A stretch of 63,600 bases of DNA, counting the filler, from Rhabdomonas costata (taxonomy: Eukaryota): NCBI GenBank assembly GCA_019059605.1. It is 45 parts of 45 records of this genome, joined end to end, with 100 filler letters (N's around TTAATTAATTAA, not from the genome) between each part and the next. Parts side by side here need not be neighbours in the genome. Positions count along the whole stretch, not along the records: positions 46,727 to 48,039 come from JAHMHO010019675.1; positions 48,140 to 49,452 come from JAHMHO010019676.1; positions 49,553 to 50,867 come from JAHMHO010019677.1; positions 50,968 to 52,282 come from JAHMHO010019678.1; positions 52,383 to 53,697 come from JAHMHO010019679.1; positions 53,798 to 55,111 come from JAHMHO010019680.1; positions 55,212 to 56,526 come from JAHMHO010019681.1; positions 56,627 to 57,940 come from JAHMHO010019682.1; 37 more parts are not named here. The stretch is one strand, 5' to 3'. The translations under genes were made by a program, and so were the position numbers. Positions 47,901-60,026 of the stretch are shown here, piece by piece. The notes beneath the pieces are model-generated. The model made no database searches, was not told the origin of the DNA, and saw nothing but the letters and a program-made list of their open reading frames with translations. The stretch's first letter is position 1; every line of letters starts with the position of its first letter.

Positions 47901-50900
47901 CAGAAAAAGCCCGTTACACACCCCTTTTCGTCTGCGGAAAGCAAACTCGAACATCTGATGTGGTTTCCGATGTGGTTTCTCGGCCTCCGCTGCGCACCCG
48001 AAGCAACTCTCCCTCCTAACACGTGCGGCACGGGAGGAANNNNNNNNNNNNNNNNNNNNNNNNNNNNNNNNNNNNNNNNNNNNTTAATTAATTAANNNNN
48101 NNNNNNNNNNNNNNNNNNNNNNNNNNNNNNNNNNNNNNNCGCAAAATATATACTTGTTGGTGTCCACACACACACCTCTCTTTTTGTACAAACTATTTCT
48201 TTTTTCTTCTTTACAAACCATTTTCCCCCGCCGCGCAACTCTCCATTGAACTCTTCACCTGCTCCACGGGTACCGCGGGCTCCGAACCCACCCCGCCGCA
48301 AAAGATGCCTTGCACCGAGGACAGTCCCAAACTGCCCACGTCTCTCCTTCTCTCCTCTCGCACCACCACCAATTCCTTGTCTCCCTCCCCTCCCCCCTCT
48401 CCCTCTTCGCCGTACCCAGGGCGTCCAAGTTAGCCTCGATGACTGGGACAACAAGGCAGGCTGAGGCCCTCCACAGCTCCTCGCACCTGCGCAATTGAGC
48501 CACAAGCCCATAGCCATGAGAATCCATGGAAGCCGAGGAAAGACACTTCCGAAATGCTGAGAGCCCGCACGAAAGTGCAAACTCACAACGCGTGAATAGC
48601 AATTTCAGTCAAAGGTGAGGGCGCGGCTAGTGGAATGTTAGGGATGTGTTTATGGGCTCTTCTTCGATACCGCATCCGTACGGTTAACGAGCAATTAAAG
48701 CGGAGTTTGGCAAGAGCAAGCGGGCCAATTTCCTTTCATTGTCTGGCATAGGGAGATCCAGCGCGAGCGACCGAAAGCGCTGTCGCACACACAAGTCAAT
48801 TGAGCTGTGGGCTCGCTTGCTGCTCAAGTGAGGGTATTCATTTTTCATGCAAAGGGAAGTGGAGGAGCACCAAAATAAAGAGGCAGAGAGCCGAGCAGAC
48901 AAAGGGCACCACAGCGCCAGCGTTTGGATTCTGTTGTTCTGAATGGGCGAGATGGGGGGGGGGCTGCGTACCTCAGCAGCTCCATGAACTTCTCGGGGCG
49001 TTCCCTGCTCATGATTCGCAGGGTGCACCCCTCCTTCAGCACGATGCTTCCGCTGACCCTTTGCATTAGCTCCATCCCGGCCCGGCTGATTCTGAGCCAA
49101 CACCGGCGTGAAAGAGCTACACACAGGTTGCTCCAGAAATGCAATACCCCGATCATCACGGAGGTTTTAGCCCCTTTCCCATCCTTCACGAGGCAGCCGG
49201 AAGGCTGAAGGCTGAAGAAGCGCTGCCCTGTGCTCCCTGTCCTAGGTTGAACATCTTCTGCACCTTCGCAACCCGAGTCAATTCGGAGGAGGGCACACCT
49301 GCGCCTCCTGCTCTCTCTAGGAAGCCCACGAATAACATGGCCCCTGCGCTTCTTTTCGGTGTGGTGGTCTTTCGAGGAAGGATGCATGGCGGACGGCTTA
49401 CAGATCTTTGCACGAGATAGGGTGCATGTGGAATTGTGAGAGAAAATCGAAGNNNNNNNNNNNNNNNNNNNNNNNNNNNNNNNNNNNNNNNNNNNNTTAA
49501 TTAATTAANNNNNNNNNNNNNNNNNNNNNNNNNNNNNNNNNNNNNNNNNNNNGGTGCGCCCGCGCTTGGCCCATCCATCGCAGCCCCACCACCACCACAG
49601 AGACAGTGACCCCAGGGTCGAAGCCTTCGTGTGGCGTGATCGAATGCCGAAGCCCATGCTCCGCAGCAAACTCACTCACGAAGCGGTTGGTGTTCAACAA
49701 GGACTCCCGCTTCCGCGCGTGCTCAGTAAACCAGTCCAAAACAGGGCTAGCCTTGATTCCACTGGAGGCCATTTGAAGGGGGAGGCCACAGCAGAAAAGG
49801 TCGGCTGTGATGAAGCGAGGTTCAATGAGAGAGACCGGAAAGAATGTCACAATAAAGACGTGGGTTGCAGCAACGAGTTGAGTGGAAGACGTTTTTATCC
49901 CGCTGCGTTAGCTACAACCGTGACGGAAAAGCACGAACAACGAGCATGACAGCTCATGGAACAATTATCCGGTTGCAAGAAAAAAATTTCACTGCTGAGC
50001 GGATAACAATCGCAATGAGACAGACACAATGGAAAAGGCGAACGCATCACACACGGGGCTGCATACGAACTTCTTCAAAAGTTGGTAGCTGCAACGTGCT
50101 GCATCAACAATAGTGAGAAAAATGCTTCGGCGAAGCACAATGACACCATGGCATCTTGTTTCGTTTCAGTGAACAGTTGTGTGGAATTCGCATAATGCCA
50201 CGACCCTAGATCCTCAATTTCCGCGGTGTCTTGCAGGAAGCTAAACGAAGACCCGCAACACAGGGCGAGTGCAACAGAAAAAGGCAGCACTGGACTGCAA
50301 CGTCCCCGAAAGGCTGACCAGCCAGGGAGATGGCCAGCCAAACTCTCCATTGGCGATGGCCATAGCGCCAAAGCGCCTCTATTGCTCACATCTATCTACA
50401 AGGAGCTCGTGACAAGAGCTCTATTTGTCACGAGCTAAAATTTACAAGGACAGACAAAATCATCAAAGCTTGCCCAACAGGACTCTCACTGCCAGCTGAA
50501 ATACCCTCGATGTTCGGCGTTGGGGTGGCCGAACCTGCGGAAGGCCGGGCCCATAGGGGAGAGAAAAAAGACCCGCCAGTGAACAATGGCTTGCCGAACA
50601 TGTCGACTCAGCGAGCCGAGGGAAAAGTCCCACCTGGGCCTGACCCCAGCCTTACCCAGATATTCCTTCTCTGTGATGTCCAGAGCAGAAAGCAACAACT
50701 GGACGAAACCGAAGACCAGGAGGGCCATGGCAAGGACGGCGACCACGGCGACCGCAACGGCAGCGGGATAAAACCACCTACAACAAGAATCGCATAGGCA
50801 CTGAACTGGAATTGCTATTTCCCTGGGCGGCTGCTCAGCGCAATGCAAGCAAGGAATGATGGGGGGCNNNNNNNNNNNNNNNNNNNNNNNNNNNNNNNNN

Positions 50901-51032
50901 NNNNNNNNNNNTTAATTAATTAANNNNNNNNNNNNNNNNNNNNNNNNNNNNNNNNNNNNNNNNNNNNGTTTGTGGGTTTCTGGTTCTTCTGATCTTTCTT
51001 CCCTCCCAGTAAATAAAGTGTGCAATTGTGCA

Positions 51033-51957
51033 ATGGCGACCACAGCGCTGCCACCCCCACCCGCAGCGGTCGCTGCGGGGGCCGGCCCGACGACCCAGCA
51101 GCTGCTGGACTCGCTGCAGCAGGCGCGCACCCAGAAGCAGCAGAACGAGGCCCTGCGGGGGATTGTGCTGGACAATGAGGCGCTTGTGGTGAAGCTGCAC
51201 GGGCAGTACAACACTCAGAAGCAAAAGGCCGAGATCACCAGGTCCCGTAGCCTCTCACACACGAACACACGCACACAACACACACCCATAAACCAACTCC
51301 GGTCTGGTGTATGGGGGAGGGCGGGTTCAAACGGAATAAGGCCATTATACAATAGAGTGGCGTTGTACGGTCATGGAGCGGCTTGTGTTTTCGTTGGCTG
51401 TCACTTTGCTTATTATTTGTGGTGGGAACTCGTTTCGTGGAGTCCTGTGCGCAGCGCAGCCGAGCGGGCGGCTGAGCCGGGGACCTTGCCAGGGGGAAGA
51501 TTTCAATGCAACTTGGCGATACCCTTCAAATCGAAGCATGTGTATACTGGTGTCTAGGGCCGGGCATTCTTCTCTGACTTTGGTTTAGTTGTGTTCTTCA
51601 CCGCAAGACGCCATTTTACCATGTAACGGCAAAGCGTTTCATTCGCTATCCTCACCCAAAGTTGTCTCCACCCATTTCTTCGCAAGACGCCCTTCTGCAT
51701 CGTTGCGCTGATTTTTTAGCTGCGGGCAACCGCATCCCTACACCGCATTTTTCTCGATAGGTGCCACAAGAAAGCTTCGGAGCTTCTGGTCGCGCTGGAG
51801 TCCGGGCTGAGCTTCCGGCACCTGCGGAAGCTCAACGTCCCGCAGTACCTCAAGGAGTGCGACCAGAGGCTCTCCGGGAAGGACTTTATCCCCGCCGAGC
51901 AAACCGCCAACCTCACCGACCTGGAGACCTCCGCGCAGGCTCTGAAAGCCCTTAAGG
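51033..51957 (+). CDS. N-terminus of an unknown coiled-coil protein, exons 51033-51241 and 51761-51957
   Basis: The ATG exon is joined in frame by a phase-2 GT-AG intron at 51242-51760. Confidence 0.6.
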
Positions 51958-52830
51958 GTTTTTTCTTTTGCCTGTTGACTTTTTCTTACTCATTCTTCTT
52001 CTTTTTTGTGCGCCTTGTTTTGAACCACCCCGAAATTTGTACCGCCAGGGAACGCCGACTATGTGACTTGCAATGCAGTTTATGACGGGGCCGGCAATTG
52101 CACGAGGCACCCGGTAGGCTGGTAGGCTGTCCACAGCATTGCCGAACGGATCGTCTCCATACTTTTTGTTTCTCTACAACCACCCGCTGGCATCTCTCAT
52201 GGGACCGGATCACCTCGGGGTTCTCTAGTATGTGGCAAATTCTTCTTGTTTTCATCGGCATTCGAGAAACACAATGCGCATTNNNNNNNNNNNNNNNNNN
52301 NNNNNNNNNNNNNNNNNNNNNNNNNNTTAATTAATTAANNNNNNNNNNNNNNNNNNNNNNNNNNNNNNNNNNNNNNNNNNNNGTTTTGGGTGGGTGATGG
52401 CACCGCACCCATCCTTGCCCGTGGGGTTTTGCTACGTGGCGGACGCGTTACGTTTGGGACGAGTTCCTTGTCTCCCTCTGCAATCGTGCAATCAAGCTAT
52501 GCACAATTCATATGTACTTCAGCAACGCTAGAGCGGTTGAAAACAGCTTACCGTTTGGTACCCGCTCCCTCCAGACGCCTGGGACTCAAATCCGGAGAAG
52601 CCAGGAATGTGTCGGGATCCATTTCATGCCGACTGGGCTGTTTCTAAACCTAGTCTCAACTCGCGGATCCTATACCCAGATTACACCGCCCTTCTATTTC
52701 TGTTTCAGTTGACGGTTTGGCAGTTCTTCCACTTCACAGGGTCGCTGAATGGAACCCAATACCCAGAGCCCTGCACCGCCTAGTCTTCCCTCTTTCCAGT
52801 TGACGGCTTTGCAGTTGTGCCGCTCCACAG

Positions 52831-53034
52831 GGTTCGCTTGTGAGGCGCACTACGAGTACCGGGGCAGCCCGTGCAGCGTGAGCTGCGGGGGCGGGGTGCG
52901 AGTTGGGCGGTACGTCGCCTCAGGGTACGCCCCGAACGGGTCCTGCGGCACAGACCCTTGGCCAGCGCCGCGGCAGACCCGGCTGTGCAACGTCTTGCCG
53001 TGCGAGAAGGAGGAGCCCGCGGCGGAAGAGGCCG
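52831..53034 (+). CDS. Exon with a thrombospondin type-1 (TSP1) domain
   Basis: SPCSVSCGGGVRVGR...NGSC...QTRLCNVLPC. Confidence 0.8.
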
Positions 53035-54429
53035 GTGGTAGAATGCCCTCCCTCCCCATCGCGTGGGGTACCGCGTCCTCTTCTGCTGGGTTGCGAGTCG
53101 GAATGCAACGCGTCTGCACAGTGCGTGGATGAAGGGCCTGGTATCCCGTGTCGTGTCAGTTTGACGCGGCACATCTCAGAACTCACTGGACAGAGAGGCT
53201 TCAGGAAGACCGATTGCTTGTAAGGCTGTAGCCCAAGTGGTTGTTTTACTGGATGCATGAGAAGCAGTGAGGCAGAGCAAGAAAAAGCCGCCCCTATACC
53301 CGTGTGCAAAGGAAACCCAAGGGATGGCTGCTGCCCTCCATGCACGCTGCGTGGAATGTGTCCGTGAACCTGGCACTAACTTTGACCTGCATACATATTG
53401 TTGGTTAGCTGTTTTGCTAGTTTACTTGTTTATTAGTTCGCTCCTTGATTTCGCGTCCTCGAGTTGCTCCCACTGTCATTTCCTCCGCAGACACGTCTAT
53501 TTTGTAGTTTTTGTTTTCCTTTTTAAGAACCGAAAGGGACAACAGCTTGCGGGGTTCCCCACCTTGCTCGTTGCTGATCGCTAACTCTGATGAAGGTCGC
53601 AGTGATGAAGTGCGACGACCGAGCGAGAAGATGTCCCCGTTTTAAAAAAGTGGAATTATATGAAACAGCTTTCTTCCTTCGGATTACCCACACACCCNNN
53701 NNNNNNNNNNNNNNNNNNNNNNNNNNNNNNNNNNNNNNNNNTTAATTAATTAANNNNNNNNNNNNNNNNNNNNNNNNNNNNNNNNNNNNNNNNNNNNCAT
53801 ACTTCTTCGCTCCAGCGATCCTTGGCGTTTGCGGTGTGCGTGCGCCCGGTTGCTCGGGCGACGGCTTGAGCACAGAGGGCAGGGAGGTCATCAACTTTGG
53901 AACATTCCTCTCCTGTCGAGAATAATGGTGAACGAGGACAATACAACCTTTGAAACCTTTGAAAAGAGGAATGTGATTGGAGACCGACCTTTTTGGACTT
54001 CATGTCGAAAAATGAAAAAATAACTGAAATATTTGTTCCCATGCTTCGGCGCGAAGTTGTTTCACGTGTTTCCTGACATTCTCTTTTCGGGCGGGCTATA
54101 TGTTTGTGTTACAAAATGTGAAGACGTCTGGAGGGGGTGTTGCACCCCAGGGGTCGGTACCCTGGGTAAAAAACGTCAATCGGGACAAGGGGACGTGAAA
54201 GGACGAACTTTTTTTTCGGCCGGATGGCAGCTGCAGCCTGATGGGGTTGTCACTGATTTTGCTGGTTTGCTGGGCTGCGAGGAAGGGAAAGGAAAGGTAG
54301 ACGTGCAGATGAAAGATATTCCGGCGTGGGGCAGCATGGTATCACGAAAGGGAAAGCAAGGGAAAGCAAGACCATTTCTACATGCATTCCAAAAAGAAAG
54401 GCGATAAATGTCATACTTGGTTCCAACAC

Positions 54430-55100
54430 GCTGCGCTGCAACAGTGATGAGCAACTTGGACGATCGTCAGCCTTTGCTCTCAGGCATTGCTCCACAAGGT
54501 CGGCCAGGCCCGGGCCAAGAGCAGTCCTCGCTTCGCCCGTCAGCACTTTCTCCGCGGTGACTTGGCGAACCAACCCCCACGTGTCAATCTTTACGTTTGA
54601 TGAGAAGTGCTCCGGGGACCTTCCCAGTGGCCAGAACAACGACAACTACCCCAAAGCTCCACAGGTCGTACCCGAAGCTGGCCCCCGAAATCGTGTCAAA
54701 GTCGGGCGGCATGTACGGAGGAGAGCCTTGACAGGGGTTTCGCAGAAGGGGATCGTCGGGTTTGGTTTTGGAGATTCCAAAGTCACATAGCTTCAGCGTG
54801 CCAGAGGAGGAGACCAATATGTTGTCCGGCTTCAGGTCAAGATGGATAATGCCTGAGGCAGTGCAAAAAGAAGAGGCACACGGCAGGCTCGGCCGAAAAG
54901 AAAGAACAACGCTGCCCTTGAATTCAAAATTAGAAAGCACCACGGAAAAGAAAAACCTTTGTTGTGGAGGTAATGCAACCCACACAAGACTTGCCTTAGG
55001 TACTTCGAAGATGAACAAGTGAAAAGGGGCCACAATGATCAATCAGGAGCTGCAGCGAGCACAGCTGCTTCTGCATCACTACACAGGCGCAGCCAGGAAA
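54430..55100 (-). pseudogene. STE/MAPKK-like Ser/Thr kinase with two frameshifts
   Basis: SLQLLIDHCGPF / YLRQVLCGLHYLH / HLDLKPDN / DFG / DLWSFG / CL...DDRPS. GT-AG intron at 54956-54853. Frame breaks near 55004 and 54615. Confidence 0.7.
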
Positions 55101-55331
55101 GCACCCCCCACNNNNNNNNNNNNNNNNNNNNNNNNNNNNNNNNNNNNNNNNNNNNTTAATTAATTAANNNNNNNNNNNNNNNNNNNNNNNNNNNNNNNNN
55201 NNNNNNNNNNNGTGTGTGTCGTTACGACTCGAGTTACGTGATGAACCGACACGCCGACAATGGTGTGCCGTGGAACTTCTTACACGCATGCACACGCGCA
55301 TCTCTACATTCCCTCCTTTCTGGGCGCGCAG

Positions 55332-55554
55332 GTCTGCCTCCCGGGGAAGAGGGTGCTGGTGACGGTGATGCGGGACCGCTTCCTGTATCTCTGGAGCCTC
55401 ACCTTCCTGCGACTGCTGCGGTGGCACGACACCTCAGGGGACATCCACCTGCTCTCCAGCAGGCCCGCCCACGGGCTCCGGCACTACGAGGGCGCGCTGA
55501 GCCTGCTGGCCGCGGACCCCCACTCCGACTGCATGGTGGCCGTGGATGAGGACG
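55332..55554 (+). CDS. Internal exon, beta-propeller/WD40-like
   Basis: gcag | ...VLVTVMRDRFLYLWSL...MVAVDEDG | gtttg. Confidence 0.45.
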
Positions 55555-56414
55555 GTTTGTGTCCGTAGGTGTGGGTGTGTCTGTGTGTTGGTGGGTGGGC
55601 GAGTGGATGGGCACGGTGCACTCTCCTGGTCGACAGATCACCTTATCTGGTGTGCGTGTGTGGACCCGTTGGATTTCTTGAGTGGGCCTTGCCTCTATTA
55701 TGCTGGTCTCCTTTCGTTCCCCGGACTCTGTTGCAGTTATGATTGCCAGTGGAGTGTTTACCGATACCAGTGCTAACCGTTACCCCCAAAAAAATCGCCC
55801 TTCGTGAAATTCAGATTTTCATGGGCGAGTGGGGTATCCCCTCTTCTGGATTTCATGTTGCACCCCGTCAACCGCCAGAACATGGGAAAAGGACGAGCAC
55901 CTTAATTTGTCAAAATTTCCTGGGTGAATTTTGCTCTTGCCCTCGCACGTCGCCGCCCAGGATTGGATGGAAAACTCCACTGACTAGCGTTCACCACTCC
56001 CGGTTTGCCAGTGCTCTAAAAAAAACGGGTCCCTTCTGTGTGTACCGCTGAGAGGTTTTACTACAGCACAGTGCAGGATGCCGCGAAGGACCAGCACAAG
56101 TATTTGGCAAAAAAAAAGCGCTTTGTTCAAAGTCTGCTCTGTACTTCTGATGGCCTCTCCTTTTTCGTTAGTGTGGGCTCGATGACTGGTAGCGGCTGCA
56201 GCAGTGTGGGCCGGATGGCTGCGCCGCCACCAGATTTCGTTGTCCCAGCATTATGGATGAATGCTGGGACAACGTCGGTTAGATGTCACCTGCCGTTAGT
56301 TTGCTTCGGCTTCTCTTCCCCCATTCCCCATCGCCCTCTGTGAGAACAACTACTCTGTGTTGTGTTGCATTACTACTCTCTCATGTTTCGGGTGTTCATT
56401 GCACTTCGATAATT

Positions 56415-56526
56415 TTTTTGTGGCACTTTGGACAGGAGTGGTGCATGGGTACGACCTCGGAGGGCTGTCCGCGGACCCCATTCGGGTCGTACCCATGCAC
56501 CACTCCTGTCCAAAGTACCACAAAAA
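56415..56526. repeat. Contig-terminal inverted repeat with 32-bp core arms (56425-56456 / 56485-56516) extending to the contig end
   Basis: Perfect core arms; the single mismatch lies in the C/A-only terminal decamer. Confidence 0.9.
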
Positions 56527-58047
56527 NNNNNNNNNNNNNNNNNNNNNNNNNNNNNNNNNNNNNNNNNNNNTTAATTAATTAANNNNNNNNNNNNNNNNNN
56601 NNNNNNNNNNNNNNNNNNNNNNNNNNGTTTTGGGGGCATCGCAGTGGCTGAGGCAAGGCAAAAAGTACTGTGAGAAGGGGCGAACTGGAGAAGGTATGGG
56701 GGATTGGTGAAGGTGGTGCCCTGGCGCGTGTAGAAGGGAATTGTACGGGAAACGATTGAATGGGTGGGTGGTTGATATACATTTATGCATTTATGTTTGT
56801 GTGTGTGTGTTTGTACGAGTGCCTTTGTACCCATGCGTGTGAGTGTGCACGCGTGAATCGTGTTATTTTGTACATAAGGTGAGATGAAAAATCCTCCACT
56901 GGCGGGAAGGAAGCAGTCACGCGTCAATCTTCTAAAAGGATCAGTTGCACTTCACTTACAATAGGCGGAGTGACCGGAACCCTGCCACCCGAAACGTAAC
57001 GCTTTTGAAAAAGAAAAGGGATGCAAAAACTGCCTCGTTGCGGCGTAAAAGTGCTGCCATACCTTGTTTTATACAAAGAAATTCAGAAAATCACAGCCAA
57101 CCTTCCCCCCCCCCCCCCAAAAAAAACTATCAAAAGCCAAAAAGAAAGCAGGTCAAACGCGACAAGGCACATCAGCTGCAGCTATTACAGACACGGATAA
57201 TATAGAAAAAAGACAGGCACAAGCACAAGCACTGAGCAGGACCTCTCCCACTGGAAAGGGTGAGGGGTTGGGAGGTTGACAGGATGCAAAAGACACAAGA
57301 ATACCCAAGACCAACGGGCGCACCAAAGCCCCACCACAATTGCAGTGAAGGTGACGTCGATGAGGTACTTCGGCGGGCCAGCACTTTTTCTGCATGACAT
57401 TCAACGGTGAAAGAGATCACAGGTGCGAAAAATATCGTACAGGGCTGGATTGTGGGTGAGTTATGAAGGGGAATGGCCCGAAACGGCACGGCATAAACAC
57501 GGATAAATAGCGCCGAAAACCCCACCAGCAATACGTAAACGCCACCCCCTTGACTGATCCAAGATATTCCAGACACCGAGTGAAAACCCCAGCTCAGAGG
57601 AGGTTCTTCGGCAGTGCCGGCATGCCATAGGCAGGCCCATTTACTTGGTACAACAAAACTGGGGCTCGAGGCTCGACATCCCAGGTCCAGCTGTGGGGTA
57701 GTCCAGAAGAAAAGCAAGGCTGAAAAGACCAGCGGAAGCGAATGAACGAAGTTCGCCGAGCCACGACCCGACCCTTGAGGGGACAGCTGACTCGCGCCAG
57801 GTGTGCCGAGGCGTGGTCCGGGCCGCTCCCTGATCTCTGATCATAAGCCTGCTGTCTCGATTATGTCTATGCGAGTGTGGTAGCATGTGCGTGTGTGTGT
57901 GCAACCAAAAGAAACTCTCCGGTGGAATGCCACACAACACNNNNNNNNNNNNNNNNNNNNNNNNNNNNNNNNNNNNNNNNNNNNTTAATTAATTAANNNN
58001 NNNNNNNNNNNNNNNNNNNNNNNNNNNNNNNNNNNNNNNNGGGGGTT

Positions 58048-58270
58048 GGGTTCAGGTGGCTCTGGATTTGGCAGTGGCCAGCCTGGAGCCGGTGGTGGCG
58101 GCCAGTCTGGCTTTGGAATGGGTTCAGGTGGCCCTGGACATGGCGAGCCTGGATTCGGTGGTGGCGGCCAGCCTGGGTTTGGAATGGGTTCAGGTGGCCC
58201 TGGATTTGGCAATGGCGAGCCTGGATTCGGTGGTGGCGGCCAGTCTGGCTTTGGAATGGGTTCAGGCGGC
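58048..58270 (+). repeat. Coding tandem repeat of a Gly-rich protein (periods 72, 66 and 72 nt)
   Basis: gggttcagg recurs at 58048, 58120, 58186 and 58258, translating as GSGGPGFG..EPGFGGGGQSGFGM units. Confidence 0.85.
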
Positions 58271-59791
58271 TCTATATATGGCAGTGACGGTCAATCTGGC
58301 GTTGCCAGGCGTCATCCTGTGCTGGGAGGTGCAGGTCCCGCTCTGGCCGCGTATCCACAGGGTTATGGTCGTAGTGGGCATGCTGGCGGAGCCGCTGGCC
58401 ATGGAGGACGCCCTCCTGGTGGATATTCTGGGGATCAGCCGACATTCGATGGAATAGCACCGGGTTACAGTGGGGACAGTGCACCTCGGTGGTAGGCTGT
58501 GTGCCACACCCTCAAGTGCCTTTAGCCTTCAGGAAAAAAAGCCGCCGATTGCTGCCCCTGATGGATTGCCCAATGGGTGATCCTTCTGACTTGCATAACA
58601 TTGCCATTAAGGGACCAAGATTTGGCCGGATCGAGATCGAGTCTTGTAAATTGCAGCGCGAAGCCACCCTGGGGGCGGGAAGAAGAAGTCTTCCCCAGCC
58701 GGACCTGAAATCTCACTTCTTGCTCGAAGCCTTTTGTTTGTTACAACTGCTCTTGTCTGTCAATTTCTGCGTAAGACTGGTTTGCGTAAGACTGGTTGTT
58801 CTCGGGAAAACGGCTTCGGATTCACTCGTCCCAGGACTCCAAGAGAATTCTTCATGGAGTTGGGGGGCGATGCACATGTCCCCTGAAGTTTATCGGGCCG
58901 CGGAGCGCACGAGAGTTGCCGAATGTTCCTCCGAATCCGTGTGCATCCCCGCCCCACTCCCTTCTGGAATCCGTCGCGCCTTCAATGACATCTAATCCCT
59001 GTGAATCATGCATTGGTGCCCCTAACCTGCTTTGCTGAAGATCCTAATATAGCATGCAAAAGTAACGTAAATGGGCCGAGGAAATCACGTGGCACACCAC
59101 ATAGCGCCGCCTTTGCCCTGATTGCGATCAGTCATCGTCGAAGACTCAGGGACGGGACTGTACCTAATAGGCTCCTTTCTGAACGCTGTAACTTTTCCAG
59201 GAGTAAAAGTGACTCCACCTCGCGACAGCTCTTCAACTCCCTGGTCACTGTGCTGGCCCCGCAGGCGAACTACCGCGCCGTGCGCAAGAACGACCTGTGC
59301 TACTTAGCCTTCGCCGCAACCCCCCGCGCGCTGCTCCGCGAGGCCCCCACCCCACNNNNNNNNNNNNNNNNNNNNNNNNNNNNNNNNNNNNNNNNNNNNT
59401 TAATTAATTAANNNNNNNNNNNNNNNNNNNNNNNNNNNNNNNNNNNNNNNNNNNNTTGGGTAGTAAAAAGATAATAATAGGTAATAAGATGATCTGTTCC
59501 TGTAGTGCATGTCGTGCAACTTACGATGGGTTTCTCAATGTTTTCCATGAAAACGACAAAAGCATCTCCATGCTTCACCTTCGCAAAGTTTGTTTCTGCT
59601 GCAAATCATTTTTTACATCATCCGCGCGATGAAGGTTGTCGCAAGCTGTCATTCCCAGGAGAAGAGCTAAACAGAGCCACGCTGAATGTTCGGACGTCCG
59701 TCGGGTGCAACTGTGCAGTTAGCAGGACTGCCGAGAAAGCGCCACAGGGCCGAAGGGTCCCAATTGAGAAGAAGATAAGAAGACAAAACAC

Positions 59792-60026
59792 CTGCCTGGG
59801 TCAGAACAGCCACCGCGCCGGGCTGGCTAAAGACCAGCGCCCGCAGCGTGGGGTTGGAGGCCCGCAGGAGCCGGAACTTCGGCTCCTGGGGTTGGGTCAT
59901 GATGTTGCTCAGGATCCGCAGCAAGGGGTCCAGGGTCTGCCACAGCACCTCGGGGGGCAGCGCCCGCAGGGCCCCAGGGTCACCCCCGTCCAGCAGCAGC
60001 TGCCGCCTCTTCTCCGCTCGGATTTG
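59792..60026 (-). CDS. Exon with a PUB (PUG) domain
   Basis: LLRILSNIMTQPQEPKFRLLRASNPTL...PGAVAVLTQAG with AG/GT boundaries. Confidence 0.85.
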
